DNA of 64,000 nucleotides from a virus: positions 1 through 64,000 of the IMG/VR virus record IMGVR_UViG_3300033143_005857. One strand, written 5' to 3'. Each line of letters begins with the position of its first letter. Positions within the stretch are counted from its first letter, which is position 1. Below are positions 19,179-29,853 of this stretch, in pieces. The notes beneath the pieces were generated by a model. The model had not been told where the DNA came from and ran no database searches. It was given only the letters and a program-made list of their open reading frames with translations. A program made the position numbers and the translations under genes.

Positions 19179-19762
19179 TTACACGTGCAGAGCAAAAAGC
19201 ACTGTTTGACAGTATAAATGGCGATTTAACAATAAATACTGTTCCAGATGGTTCTGGAAATGATGTAGTTATACCAATCGAAGTAAATTGGGGATTTGAA
19301 CCAATAGAACTTGTTTTACCTTCTATTACTATAAACTTCATAGTGTATGGAAGACCTAAGGAACGAACTCTCGGAGATTTATGGAGAGATACACCAGAAG
19401 GTTATTATATAGGTTATATTGCAACTTATAGTTTATTGGTTAAAATTAGAACAGCAGATCATACAGACTCTGATAATAATTTTATCGAAAAAACTGATAT
19501 TGCTGAATCTTTGTATGATAGAGTATTCAAACAAGCACTACATTTTTGGGACAGTTTAGTTGACGAAGGTTCTGTGGAAGATGGAGGTATTGAGCCAGCA
19601 ACAGATGTTTCGCAATTGTTAGGGCTTGAAGGTTTAAAAGAATTACAATTAACTATAAGGATCAAAAAATTGACTGGTGGAGTTCCAAACGAACAAGGAC
19701 CAGTTCTTTTCTCGACTGCTCCGACAATACTTAGTGTTGACGGTATAGTTGAATTTGCCTAA
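19175..19762 (+). CDS. Tail terminator-like protein
   Basis: LPSITINF motif; just before the sheath gene. Confidence 0.55.
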   Translation: MITRAEQKALFDSINGDLTINTVPDGSGNDVVIPIEVNWGFEPIELVLPSITINFIVYGRPKERTLGDLWRDTPEGYYIGYIATYSLLVKIRTADHTDSDNNFIEKTDIAESLYDRVFKQALHFWDSLVDEGSVEDGGIEPATDVSQLLGLEGLKELQLTIRIKKLTGGVPNEQGPVLFSTAPTILSVDGIVEFA

Positions 19763-19777
19763 AAAAAGTGAAAAAAA

Positions 19778-21064
19778 ATGGGAAGATATCTACAAATAGC
19801 AATTTCGACGGACGGGTTGTATACGGTTGGTTCTCGCTCGTGGGGAAATGTAGGCATTGTAGGACGTGGTATCGGTGCTGGGTTTACTGCTAATGAGGCA
19901 TATACAATCAGAAGTCCAGCAGACGCAGAAACTCTGTTCGGTATTACCAGTTCATTATACAAGTCTATTCTCTTACTGTTCGAAAATGGTGCTACTAAAG
20001 TTATAGCAGTAGCTGCTGAAGTGACCGCTGACTCACAAGAATTATTCAATGGTGATGGTTCTACTAAAGTGTTTACAGTGACCGAAATACCAGTGCAACC
20101 TCTTGATACTGTTGCTGTTGACGCTGGTGCAAAAACCGAAGGTATTGATTTTACTGTTGATTACGGTAATAAGCAAATTATCTTTGTTGTAGCTCCTCCA
20201 GCTGGAACTGATAATGTTGCAATAGATTATTCAAGACATTCTGTTGCACATATTCAAGCTGGACTTGCTGCATTAACAACTGAAGATGTGCAAATTATGG
20301 TTCTTGCACAAACATACGAAACAACGTTGCTCAGTGAACTTAAAACGCATTGTGTTGCAACAGAAAGCACATCTCCTCGACGAGGCTATTATATGCTTCC
20401 AAATGGAAGCACTACATTGACTCTTGCCACAACTCTTGCATCATATTTGAGCACATTAATTGCACATAAATCTCTTAAAGATGCTGCTGCTGGTTGTGCT
20501 GGAAAGGTTGCAAGCTTAGCACCTTGGAAAGATCTAACAATGAAAACTGTTTCTGGGTTGCAACAAAGTGGACGGTTTACTCAAAGCGAAATTGATGCAT
20601 TTGATGAAGTTTTTATTGTGACTATGTTTGATCCTCCAAAATTAACTGGAACTGCTGTTGTATTTAGCACTGGATGGACTATTGACGATACTGCTGCATT
20701 TCAGTTTATTGATCAAATACGTGTTGCTTTTCATCTTACTGGTGTGCTTGATTATGGATTAACAAATCCAAACATTATTGGAGAATTAAAAATGAACCGT
20801 TCTGGTTTACAACAATTGGATACATATATGAGATCGTTGTTGACTCCTTGGGTTAATGCTGGTGAAATTGACAATTATGTTATTGATAATCCAGCATTAC
20901 GTTTGTTTGAATTGACAGAACCAGAAGCATCAGAAGTTGCTGCTATGGCTGCATTACAAGCAGCAAGAAGGGTTGAAGGTGCATACCAAGTTGGTGTGCA
21001 ATTAATTTATAGCGGAACTATTATATTTCTGAAAATGAATGTTTCTCTAACTGGAGGAGTGTAA
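19778..21064 (+). CDS. Contractile tail sheath protein
   Basis: SPADAETLFG..S.L, FENGA, FIDQIRV, GEID sheath motifs. Confidence 0.85.
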   Translation: MGRYLQIAISTDGLYTVGSRSWGNVGIVGRGIGAGFTANEAYTIRSPADAETLFGITSSLYKSILLLFENGATKVIAVAAEVTADSQELFNGDGSTKVFTVTEIPVQPLDTVAVDAGAKTEGIDFTVDYGNKQIIFVVAPPAGTDNVAIDYSRHSVAHIQAGLAALTTEDVQIMVLAQTYETTLLSELKTHCVATESTSPRRGYYMLPNGSTTLTLATTLASYLSTLIAHKSLKDAAAGCAGKVASLAPWKDLTMKTVSGLQQSGRFTQSEIDAFDEVFIVTMFDPPKLTGTAVVFSTGWTIDDTAAFQFIDQIRVAFHLTGVLDYGLTNPNIIGELKMNRSGLQQLDTYMRSLLTPWVNAGEIDNYVIDNPALRLFELTEPEASEVAAMAALQAARRVEGAYQVGVQLIYSGTIIFLKMNVSLTGGV

Positions 21065-21065
21065 A

Positions 21066-21536
21066 ATGCCAAGCGATTGGAAAGCCAAATTATTTGTTAG
21101 TGTAATAACAGCCGACGGACAACAACTTTTAACACCAATTGTTGATATTAATCCAACATTCAATACACCAAATGTTCCAGAACATTCTCTCGAAGGAGAT
21201 GGTGTAGGTGTGACTATGGGAAATGATACTTTTGCCTTTAATCTAACAGTTAAAGCATTAAGAGATCAAGTATCTGGAACAAATCCAGCAGAAGTAATGT
21301 CGAAATTACAACTAAAGCATGAAAAGTTTAATATCGTGATTGTTGAACGAGACACCAACATATCTGGAGGAAAAAATTGGGCATTTGACAGCCTTATGCT
21401 TGAAGATTGTTATGTAAATACTGGTTCGCCAAGCAGAGCAACACTTGGCACTTCACCAGTTGCAGTATTTAACTGTATGTGTTTGGGTGTTAATGTAGAT
21501 GGAGAGTATTATAATGGATTCAAACCCCCAGCATAA
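21066..21536 (+). CDS. Tail tube protein
   Basis: 156 aa, follows the sheath gene. Confidence 0.7.
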   Translation: MPSDWKAKLFVSVITADGQQLLTPIVDINPTFNTPNVPEHSLEGDGVGVTMGNDTFAFNLTVKALRDQVSGTNPAEVMSKLQLKHEKFNIVIVERDTNISGGKNWAFDSLMLEDCYVNTGSPSRATLGTSPVAVFNCMCLGVNVDGEYYNGFKPPA

Positions 21537-22068
21537 TAGCCTACTTGACATAAAGCAGATGGTTCAATTTGGCACAAGAAAGCCAGAGGACTATTCTATT
21601 CTTTTTTATAAAGAAGTTTATGGCAAGGAAGTTAAAGTAAAAATACGAGGACTAAGTAATTACGAATATGATGAAATTAGTCTGGAAATGTATGCAGATA
21701 TTAAAGATCCAGCAACAATCAAGTATGTATTTAATCCAACTCAGCCAAAGATTAAGGCAGAAACTGAAGAAACTGAGAAGGACGAATTAGATACAGACCT
21801 ACCAGAAAATATAAATTTGATTGAATATACAAGAGCACTAACAATTCGTAATGCTCTTATTGTATATTATGCAATGAGGGATTTTTATCCAGACTTCACG
21901 CTTAATGATGTTAGACAATTGGAAGGAATCGATGAAATTGCACATAGAGTTAATGATAAATCTGGACGAACTGAAGAAGTAATGGAAAAAATCAAATTTT
22001 TTCGTGAACAACAACGAAAGCTCGACACTTCGGTATCTTCTGGAGAAGGGACACAAACTGTGCAATGA
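21514..22068 (+). CDS. Tail assembly chaperone (G-like)
   Basis: Between tube and tape-measure position; ends with a TTT-TTT-CGT slip site. Confidence 0.7.
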   Translation: MDSNPQHNSLLDIKQMVQFGTRKPEDYSILFYKEVYGKEVKVKIRGLSNYEYDEISLEMYADIKDPATIKYVFNPTQPKIKAETEETEKDELDTDLPENINLIEYTRALTIRNALIVYYAMRDFYPDFTLNDVRQLEGIDEIAHRVNDKSGRTEEVMEKIKFFREQQRKLDTSVSSGEGTQTVQ

Positions 22069-22228
22069 TATTGACCAATATACAGAAGCTCAAGTTTTTT
22101 TTATGTTGTTGGTTGAAGAAAAGGCTTATTCAGATTCAGTTTTACCAGAAAAGTCGTTTTTAACAATTTCATCTGATGACGGAAAAGAAGAAATGAAACG
22201 TAAATTTGCAATGTGGAAAGGGAAATAA
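22001..22228 (+). CDS. Tail assembly chaperone extension (T-like), probably reached by +1 frameshift
   Basis: +1 frame is open from 21983 to 22228 and overlaps the previous ORF. Confidence 0.6.
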   Translation, partial: FVNNNESSTLRYLLEKGHKLCNDIDQYTEAQVFFMLLVEEKAYSDSVLPEKSFLTISSDDGKEEMKRKFAMWKGK

Positions 22229-24241
22229 ATGACAACGATTAGACGATTGCTACTTGAACTTGGTGTAGATGGTGATATATCTGCTAAAGAAAAGTTAAAA
22301 GACGTTCAACAAGCAGCAACAAGCCTTAAACAGTCTTTAGTAGAACTTGAAGTTCAATTACAAATCGTTGGTAAATCATTTACTGGCATGCCAACAATCA
22401 GCTCATTTGGAAATCTTGGTGGAGGAGGTGGAGTTGGTGGAGGAGTTGGTATATTAACAAAAAATGAGCGTAATGATGCACAAGCACGTATGAATGCTGT
22501 TCGTGAGCAAGCAAGAATTACTCATGATATGGACATTAAAAAGTTAGATATTGCAAAAAAAACAAACGACTTGCAAGCAAATATTCAAAAAACATTAGAA
22601 AAACAAGTTTCTGAACAATTGCGTATATATCAAGAAACATCTAACGAACTCAAAGCAGATCGTATAATGTTTAAAAATATGCTAACAAATTTACAAGATT
22701 TGATAACTAAAGCACAGCCGTATGTAAATAAAGCAAAATATCCAACTGGAAAGCGTGGAAGACCACCAAATGCGTATGAGGATTGGTTTGATCCGTCGAT
22801 AGGAAAGAAAGGTATGCCAGCAAAAAGGCTTACTGCAAAGTGGGTTGTGTGGGCTGGAGAATTAAATAAATTAAAAGACGACATCACAATTACTGCAAAA
22901 CAATTACCAGTAGAAATAGGTTATATAAACAAACTATTGAAAGATGCTGGTTTGGACCACATTAAAACGTTTAAGGATTTAACAGAAGAAACAGAAAAAG
23001 CAAAAATGGCAATGACATTGCTTCGTAAGTATAGTTTACATGGCATTGATGTTAAACCATACACTAAGGCTGATGACTATTTAAAATCTGGTTTATATCT
23101 TGAAAATCAACTAAGAGAAATGTCATACGAGCGTGGAGGCACTGCTAAAAAAGATTTAGACCTATCAAGTTCACTAATGGCTTCAATAAGCAGAATAAAA
23201 AAAGAAGAAGCACCAACTCCAAAAGCTCCAACAAAGCAAGAATTAACAGAGTATGAAAAATTAGTTTTAAGACATTCAAAACTTCCACCAGCAGATCCAT
23301 ACGTTTCACAAACAGCAGCAGAAAGAAGTAAAGAAGCAGATAAAGCAATAAAAGAAATAATGGCAAGACCAAAAGGAGAAGACTTTTATGCAAAAAATGC
23401 ACGTGAATATAGAGAATATATAAAACGACAAGCAGCACCAAAAGAAGAAATTACACCAAAAAGAAAAGAGACAACGCTTGATGAAGACATTACAGACTTT
23501 GAAGTAAGAATTGCTGCTTTAAAACATGCTCGTTCGGAAAATCAGTTTATTCCGTATATACCAAAGTCAAAATCATACAATGCACCAACACCTCCTCCAC
23601 CAAAAAAACCAGTTCGACAATTAAATAAACGAGGATCTTCAACATTAACTTCACAACAGCTTGGTCTTCCACAATCAACAAGCAAGAATCCATTATCAGC
23701 AACAATAGAGGCTGAATATCTAAAAGCTCTAAATAATATAATGCACTATCAAAAAATACAGCAAGATAAAATGCAATTTAGATATCCAGAAGCAAGCAGA
23801 GCTGTAATTGCTAAACGGTTAGAAAGTGATGCAGAACGAAAACGTGTGCAAGAATATATTGAAAAAATTGAAAAACAAATACGTCCTACAATAGATCGTG
23901 AAGAAGAAATACGTAAACGTGGATTTGCAATTGAACCAGTAGAAAAAGCATGGAATTGGCAAAGAATTCAATCTCAAAAATGGGAAAGAACAAAAGAAAA
24001 TATGAAAGGGAAAGCAATAAGTTTTATGAGTAAAAGTAGTATGTTTACACCAGCAAAGGATTATATTGCATCTCAGCGTGCTAAAAGGGTTCAAACTGCG
24101 AAAGATCTTGCACTAAAAGGTGCTGGTGCTCAAGTAATCAAACATTATAATATAGCTTTTAATTATGCAACAGTAGATTCTGATAAACGTAAAGCTCAAC
24201 TAATAAATGATTTACAACAAGCATTGAGGGGTGCAGACTAA
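22229..24241 (+). CDS. Tape measure protein (atypical: charged, Pro-rich)
   Basis: Gene order; TMP-like N-terminus (IRRLLLELGVDGD) and C-terminus. Confidence 0.55.
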   Translation: MTTIRRLLLELGVDGDISAKEKLKDVQQAATSLKQSLVELEVQLQIVGKSFTGMPTISSFGNLGGGGGVGGGVGILTKNERNDAQARMNAVREQARITHDMDIKKLDIAKKTNDLQANIQKTLEKQVSEQLRIYQETSNELKADRIMFKNMLTNLQDLITKAQPYVNKAKYPTGKRGRPPNAYEDWFDPSIGKKGMPAKRLTAKWVVWAGELNKLKDDITITAKQLPVEIGYINKLLKDAGLDHIKTFKDLTEETEKAKMAMTLLRKYSLHGIDVKPYTKADDYLKSGLYLENQLREMSYERGGTAKKDLDLSSSLMASISRIKKEEAPTPKAPTKQELTEYEKLVLRHSKLPPADPYVSQTAAERSKEADKAIKEIMARPKGEDFYAKNAREYREYIKRQAAPKEEITPKRKETTLDEDITDFEVRIAALKHARSENQFIPYIPKSKSYNAPTPPPPKKPVRQLNKRGSSTLTSQQLGLPQSTSKNPLSATIEAEYLKALNNIMHYQKIQQDKMQFRYPEASRAVIAKRLESDAERKRVQEYIEKIEKQIRPTIDREEEIRKRGFAIEPVEKAWNWQRIQSQKWERTKENMKGKAISFMSKSSMFTPAKDYIASQRAKRVQTAKDLALKGAGAQVIKHYNIAFNYATVDSDKRKAQLINDLQQALRGAD

Positions 24242-25260
24242 TGGTTTCTCCAGAAGTAGTATTATTAGGCATTTTACCAATAAAAGTTGTTAAAAATATT
24301 ACACATACACTTGGTTCAACTGCTGTTGGTTATGCTGTTGGAAACGGAGTTCGTGTGTATCAACCAAAAAACTCATTAGAACCAGAGAGAGTGCAATTGA
24401 ATTGTAGTTTTTTAGACGCTGACAGATATTCGCACAAACTAATACTTGATTCAATGCACTATACAAAGATTCCATTTCCGTTTGTTTCTGGATTAGCTGC
24501 AATATCATTAGTCACAATCGAATCATTAGTATATATGCAAAATGCCAGCAGAAAGTCGTTTGCTGGTGGAGCAGTAATAGATTTTGTGATAACACTTTCA
24601 GAGTATAAAGCAAACATATTTACACGGATTGGTAGCAAAGTAGTTTGGGCTTTATGGACGTCATCAACGCATAAAGACGTTGGTGCAAATACTAAATTAA
24701 TACCGACATATATTCCAATAAACGAATCTGCTACAACTACAACAGAAACGATAACAATGTCGTTAGAAGAATTGGAAGAACTTTCAATTAGAGTTCCAGA
24801 TAGTTGGACAACTGTTGAGATATCTGCAGCACACTCTCTTAATAGCAAATTTGATTTACTTCCATTTAATGCTGATGGTGTATTTCCACAATCTATAAAA
24901 TTACGGTATCCTCCAACACCAGAACATGCTGAAAACTTTAATACTTTTACAAATATACCAGACCAATACGAGGATTATTGTTATCTTTATCCAGATTATG
25001 ATTCAAACCAGAATGTTATTATTGAAATCACAATAATAGTAAAACAAACCCAAGGATCGATTTATACAACAATGAAAATAGTAGTAGATGGTGAAGAATT
25101 GTTCCAACGTAAAATAGTGCCAAATGTTGCGTATCAAATCGATGGTAAATATGAGATAGCATTTTCAGAGATAGATATTAAAGTAAAAAACATACAACCA
25201 GTTAATCTCGTTGGTGGAATTTATGGAAGCAAGCTAATAGGAGGTATTAGACTCTTATGA
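24241..25260 (+). CDS. Baseplate / tube-initiator protein
   Basis: Follows TMP; VTIESL...IDFVITLSEY pattern. Confidence 0.55.
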   Translation: MVSPEVVLLGILPIKVVKNITHTLGSTAVGYAVGNGVRVYQPKNSLEPERVQLNCSFLDADRYSHKLILDSMHYTKIPFPFVSGLAAISLVTIESLVYMQNASRKSFAGGAVIDFVITLSEYKANIFTRIGSKVVWALWTSSTHKDVGANTKLIPTYIPINESATTTTETITMSLEELEELSIRVPDSWTTVEISAAHSLNSKFDLLPFNADGVFPQSIKLRYPPTPEHAENFNTFTNIPDQYEDYCYLYPDYDSNQNVIIEITIIVKQTQGSIYTTMKIVVDGEELFQRKIVPNVAYQIDGKYEIAFSEIDIKVKNIQPVNLVGGIYGSKLIGGIRLL

Positions 25261-26738
25261 GCATAATACTCAACAATCCAATGTATTCTATCTTAATAAA
25301 TGGTGTTCCAATTACAAATCAATTTGTTGATGCAGACATAAAAATAACGATGGACTCCTCGTTTGAACCAGACATTTTCAGAATTAACATTTACAATATA
25401 AACGAAGTAATTCAACAAATTATAACAAATGGAGCTTTAGTAAATATAACTTTAGGCTATTCTGCAGCAATTATACGAACGTTGATGACTGGAATTGCAA
25501 CTAAAATTTACAGAGATGATACTGATAATGATGAGATTATTGTGATTGAAGGAATAGACCTTGTGACTCATTTGCTAAAGAAGAAAACTATAAATTTAAA
25601 CATAAATATACCTATGGATGTTGTTGAAATTGTTCGAAAAATTTGTATTAGTGCTGGTGTAATTTTAGCACCATCATCAATACCATCTGGTATAATTCTG
25701 AGCAATTATACGATTGATGATGTTTCAGCCTATGAATCAGTAAAAGAATTGGCAAAACGTGTAAAATTCAATGCAACATCAAAAAATAGTTTGTTATATT
25801 TTATTGCAAAATTAAATAATCCAATTCCGACATCTTCAATAAGCGACGGTGTTAATATAAAACTAACAAAAATTAGTGGGCTTAGCAATTCTGCTGAGAA
25901 CAAATTAGAAGGATATAGTTTCTATGGTGTAGGTTTACCAACACTAATTCCTCTTAGTTTAGCAACAGTTTTAAAAACTACAGAAGGAATAATTGGCACA
26001 TATCTTGTTGAAAGTGTTGTTCATGAGTATAATAGTAAAACTGGTTATTTATGTAATGGAATACTTGTAGAAATTAATGCAAATGAACAAGAAGTAAAAT
26101 TAACCAATTTACCAACAGAAAAATCAATTGTATCTTCTATTAAAAATCTTATTGAAAATTCGTTTAAAAATAAAAGAACGTTAGATACTGGTGTAGTAGA
26201 ACAGTTATTTACAGTAGAACGACTACTAACATTAAAGTATGGGTTAAATCTTTATGATAATAAGCAGATAATAACACCAAGTCTTGAATCTGACATTTCT
26301 AAAGAAAATGTATTTTTAACAAAAAAGCCAGTTATGTCTATGCTTGCTGGCGACGGTTTTGGAATAATTACACCAATTTACAAGGAAATGCGAGCTGTAT
26401 TAGGATTTAATAAATTTAGTTCGCAAGATGCAAATATATTAGGTTTTTTATGGAGAAAGGGATGGACAATACCAGAACATGATGAAGGAGAATATTTAAT
26501 TCATCTTAAAAACCATTCTAAAATTAGTATGAAAGAAGATGGACATGGAATTTTTCAATTCAAAGGATTGAAGATAGAAATCAATAGTTCTTTAACTGCT
26601 GCAAAGACTACTGCAACGGACGATGGTAAATTAACAGTAATTTTGGGTTCTCAAGAAATTACAATGGATGGGTCTTCTATTGTTTTAAAAAGCGGTTCAA
26701 CCATAACATTAACATCAAGCGGAGCTGACGTGACATGA
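25257..26738 (+). CDS. Baseplate hub-spike (gp27/gp5, VgrG-like) protein
   Basis: INIYN..VNITLGY hub motifs, YLVESVVH, OB-like segment and beta-helix-like C-terminus. Confidence 0.7.
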   Translation: MSIILNNPMYSILINGVPITNQFVDADIKITMDSSFEPDIFRINIYNINEVIQQIITNGALVNITLGYSAAIIRTLMTGIATKIYRDDTDNDEIIVIEGIDLVTHLLKKKTINLNINIPMDVVEIVRKICISAGVILAPSSIPSGIILSNYTIDDVSAYESVKELAKRVKFNATSKNSLLYFIAKLNNPIPTSSISDGVNIKLTKISGLSNSAENKLEGYSFYGVGLPTLIPLSLATVLKTTEGIIGTYLVESVVHEYNSKTGYLCNGILVEINANEQEVKLTNLPTEKSIVSSIKNLIENSFKNKRTLDTGVVEQLFTVERLLTLKYGLNLYDNKQIITPSLESDISKENVFLTKKPVMSMLAGDGFGIITPIYKEMRAVLGFNKFSSQDANILGFLWRKGWTIPEHDEGEYLIHLKNHSKISMKEDGHGIFQFKGLKIEINSSLTAAKTTATDDGKLTVILGSQEITMDGSSIVLKSGSTITLTSSGADVT

Positions 26739-27133
26739 GCATAGAGGTTGCAGTTGATGGTATGACAGCAGTTTATACAAGTAGCGGACATGTTGCAGCA
26801 GATACTGGTGGAGTTTTGCCACAAGTTCCGTCTGGTTCATGGGGAAACACGTCATTTGTGGTTATAAAAGGTACGAAATGGTCTGTAAGCAGTAAAAAAG
26901 TAGAGTTAAGTGCAACTGCTACTTGGCTTTATACTGGTGGGATAAGTGGTCCACCGTCTGCTCCAGTTCCTATACCTCCTATACCAGATTCTGCATCATT
27001 AACAGCATCTACAACTAAAGTAAAAGATAAAGGTGCTAACGTGCTAAGAAAAGGAGATAAAGCAACTGGAACTATTGACAGTGATAATTATATTGAAGTT
27101 GATTCTGGACAAACAAAATTAAAAAGTGCGTAA
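26735..27133 (+). CDS. PAAR-like spike tip protein
   Basis: STTKVKDKGANVLRKGD...SGQTKLK; position after the spike gene. Confidence 0.55.
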   Translation: MSIEVAVDGMTAVYTSSGHVAADTGGVLPQVPSGSWGNTSFVVIKGTKWSVSSKKVELSATATWLYTGGISGPPSAPVPIPPIPDSASLTASTTKVKDKGANVLRKGDKATGTIDSDNYIEVDSGQTKLKSA

Positions 27134-27136
27134 ACT

Positions 27137-27514
27137 ATGAGTTATCTAACATTGAAAATAGAAGATGGTGATTTGCTTTTAAACAGCGACAATCAATTAG
27201 TTCTAACAGATGATGTTGCACAAGAATATAAAGTTTTAATTGAAACACAATTTGAAAGCGATTATCGTGATGGAAATTATGGTTTCAAACTATACGAACT
27301 TATGGAATCTGAATACGATGATAAATTGCAGTTAATACGTTTATATGTTGTAGAATGTATTTTTCAGCACTCTCGAACAGAGAGCATTACGGAACTTACA
27401 ATAGAAAAGATAGAAGAAGAAAACGTTCGTGATAGTAGAAAATATTTAGTTAATGTGACAGTAAAATTAAAAAGTGAAACAACAATAAGTGTTGGTGCAA
27501 CGATAAATGGCTGA
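27137..27514 (+). CDS. Baseplate wedge / sheath initiator (gp25/Mu gp46-like)
   Basis: GDLLL...YG pattern; precedes baseplate J. Confidence 0.65.
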   Translation: MSYLTLKIEDGDLLLNSDNQLVLTDDVAQEYKVLIETQFESDYRDGNYGFKLYELMESEYDDKLQLIRLYVVECIFQHSRTESITELTIEKIEEENVRDSRKYLVNVTVKLKSETTISVGATING

Positions 27515-28841
27515 ATACGGTATAACTGCAACTGGTTTTAACCAGAAAACGATAGACGTTATAGAAGAAGAATTTAAAGAATTATTAAAACAATTTTTCG
27601 GGACAAGTGTTGATGTTTCACAATTAAGCCCACTTTGGAAAATGGTGCAAGTTCCAGCAACAGAAGCAACAAATACTTGGACTCTTGCAGAATTGATGTT
27701 TTATAATAATTTTATAAATACAGCAGAAGGTGGAGCACTTGATCTTTTGGCAGAAGACCTTGGGCTTTCAAGAAAATCTGCGATAAGTGCTGAAGCCATA
27801 TTAACTATTTACAAAAACAATGACGACCCAGTCACAGTTCCAATAAACTCTGTATTTGAAACGTCTGAAGGTATTCAGTTTAAAACAGATACAGAATTAA
27901 CAATAATTGTTGGTGCAAAAGAAACAACAACTGGAACTGTAAATTCAATTGCTATTAATGCTGGTATTGTTGGAAATGTTGCACCAAATACAATAATATT
28001 GCTTTCTGCAGCAATATCTGGAGTAGATAGATGTGATAACTTACTTGCTGCAGATGGTGGAGAAGAACGTGAAACAGATTCATCTTTGCGAAAACGTGTT
28101 AGATCGTATGTTAGAGCAACATGGACAGATGATGCAATAAGAGCAGCAGCATTAAATGTTGAAGGTGTTGATGGAGTAAAAATTATTGAGGCTGCAACAA
28201 GTTATAATTGCTTAATTGTGCCAAAAACAGTATTTGATAACGATCTCAAAACAGCAGTTGAAATTGCAATAGAACCAGTGACTTGTATTACTGTAGAATA
28301 CACAGTTTTAGAAGCTGAAAGTGTAGGAATTGTTATTACTGCAGATATTAATATAGAAATAACATACGACGAAACAAGTGCAGAATCAGACGCAGAAGTA
28401 GAAATCCGTGAATATTTGCAGACATTAGGTATTGATAGTGACGTATTCAGATCAAAAATAATACAAGCAATTATGGAAACTGTTGGAATAAATAATGCTT
28501 ACAATGTTCTGCTATTTGCTCGACCAAATAATGAAACTCATCTTTATTTAACAGCTTCTGGCTTGACATACAACTTAGATTACTCAACTGGAACTGATTC
28601 TGCAAGTGTAATAGTAAAAGGAACGCTTGCTGCTTCTCCAGATCATACGTTTGTAAAAACAACAGACTACACAATTGGCACAAGCCCAGCACGTGTAATA
28701 TTTACTGGTTCTGGTGATTTGCCAGACAATGATACAGATATTTATGTGACTTACACATTTCCAGCAAATGCAATTGGAGACATAGAAATAAATCAAGACG
28801 ATATTGCTTCATTTGGTTCAATAGACTTTACAGTAATTTAG
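27507..28841 (+). CDS. Baseplate J-like protein
   Basis: YGITATGF, TAEGGALD, AGIVGNV, GGEERETDSSLRKR. Confidence 0.9.
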   Translation: MAEYGITATGFNQKTIDVIEEEFKELLKQFFGTSVDVSQLSPLWKMVQVPATEATNTWTLAELMFYNNFINTAEGGALDLLAEDLGLSRKSAISAEAILTIYKNNDDPVTVPINSVFETSEGIQFKTDTELTIIVGAKETTTGTVNSIAINAGIVGNVAPNTIILLSAAISGVDRCDNLLAADGGEERETDSSLRKRVRSYVRATWTDDAIRAAALNVEGVDGVKIIEAATSYNCLIVPKTVFDNDLKTAVEIAIEPVTCITVEYTVLEAESVGIVITADINIEITYDETSAESDAEVEIREYLQTLGIDSDVFRSKIIQAIMETVGINNAYNVLLFARPNNETHLYLTASGLTYNLDYSTGTDSASVIVKGTLAASPDHTFVKTTDYTIGTSPARVIFTGSGDLPDNDTDIYVTYTFPANAIGDIEINQDDIASFGSIDFTVI

Positions 28842-28849
28842 GTGATAAT

Positions 28850-29851
28850 ATGATAGAACGAATGGCTGCACGATTTAAAGGTTGTATATCGTATGAAAAC
28901 GGTATAAGAACAACAAGATTAGCAAGTTTCATAACTGATGGAACAACATTTACTACAACTATATTTGATATACCACATGAACCATGTCCAATATTGGCTA
29001 CATTAAAAAATCAAAAGAATAACATACCATACGAAGACGAAATACCACTCCACTTTGAAATCAGCTATAAAAACCAAGATGACATTACACATACCGCTTA
29101 TTGTGAAATTCCAATTTATGCTGAAAAAGATTTAGACTTTCGTATAAACATGGAAGAACCAAACGATTTTGTTAAAGAAATACTATCTATTGCACCTCGA
29201 ACTGGATATACTGATTATAAAGGTGATCTTAACGATGTAGTTGAAATTATAGCATTAGAAGGAAATATAATTAAAATTCAAGCAGCAATCTCAATAATAT
29301 TTAGCGAAGCATTATATCAAATTCGTGCTGTTTCAATACAGAAATTTGTTGAAACTGCATATTCTGGTGGTTTGAGACGATTAGCACAAGACTTTGGGTT
29401 AAATCTTGGTTCTACATTTACAGAAATAGAATTACGGTTATTTACACGGATATTTTCAACGTTTGTTGTTCCGTCAAAATCGTTTATGCAAGAAACTATG
29501 TCAACTATCTTTAAAGTATTAGATCCTACTGGTTATGTGGAAGTAATACCAGAATATAGCGACAGTTATTATAGAATGCTTGTAGATATTTACACAACTA
29601 TAACAGACTTTACAGAAAATAATATTAAAATTTTGTTATTATTTGCAGAACGTTACAGACCAGTTCCAGCAACAAATTTAATAACAGTAATATTTCCAGT
29701 ATTATTTGACATTGACCTTGCAAGAGATGAAGGCAGCGTTGAAATAACAGAAGCAATTATAACTATGAGCACAGTCACATTTATGAGTTCAACAACTTAT
29801 ATGGGTGCTGGAAACATTATCGAGCCAGATTTACCAACTACATATCCGTAA
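28850..29851 (+). CDS. Baseplate wedge (gpI/gp48-like) protein
   Basis: TAYSGGLRRLAQDFGL...RPVPA; follows J. Confidence 0.55.
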   Translation: MIERMAARFKGCISYENGIRTTRLASFITDGTTFTTTIFDIPHEPCPILATLKNQKNNIPYEDEIPLHFEISYKNQDDITHTAYCEIPIYAEKDLDFRINMEEPNDFVKEILSIAPRTGYTDYKGDLNDVVEIIALEGNIIKIQAAISIIFSEALYQIRAVSIQKFVETAYSGGLRRLAQDFGLNLGSTFTEIELRLFTRIFSTFVVPSKSFMQETMSTIFKVLDPTGYVEVIPEYSDSYYRMLVDIYTTITDFTENNIKILLLFAERYRPVPATNLITVIFPVLFDIDLARDEGSVEITEAIITMSTVTFMSSTTYMGAGNIIEPDLPTTYP

Positions 29852-29853
29852 AC

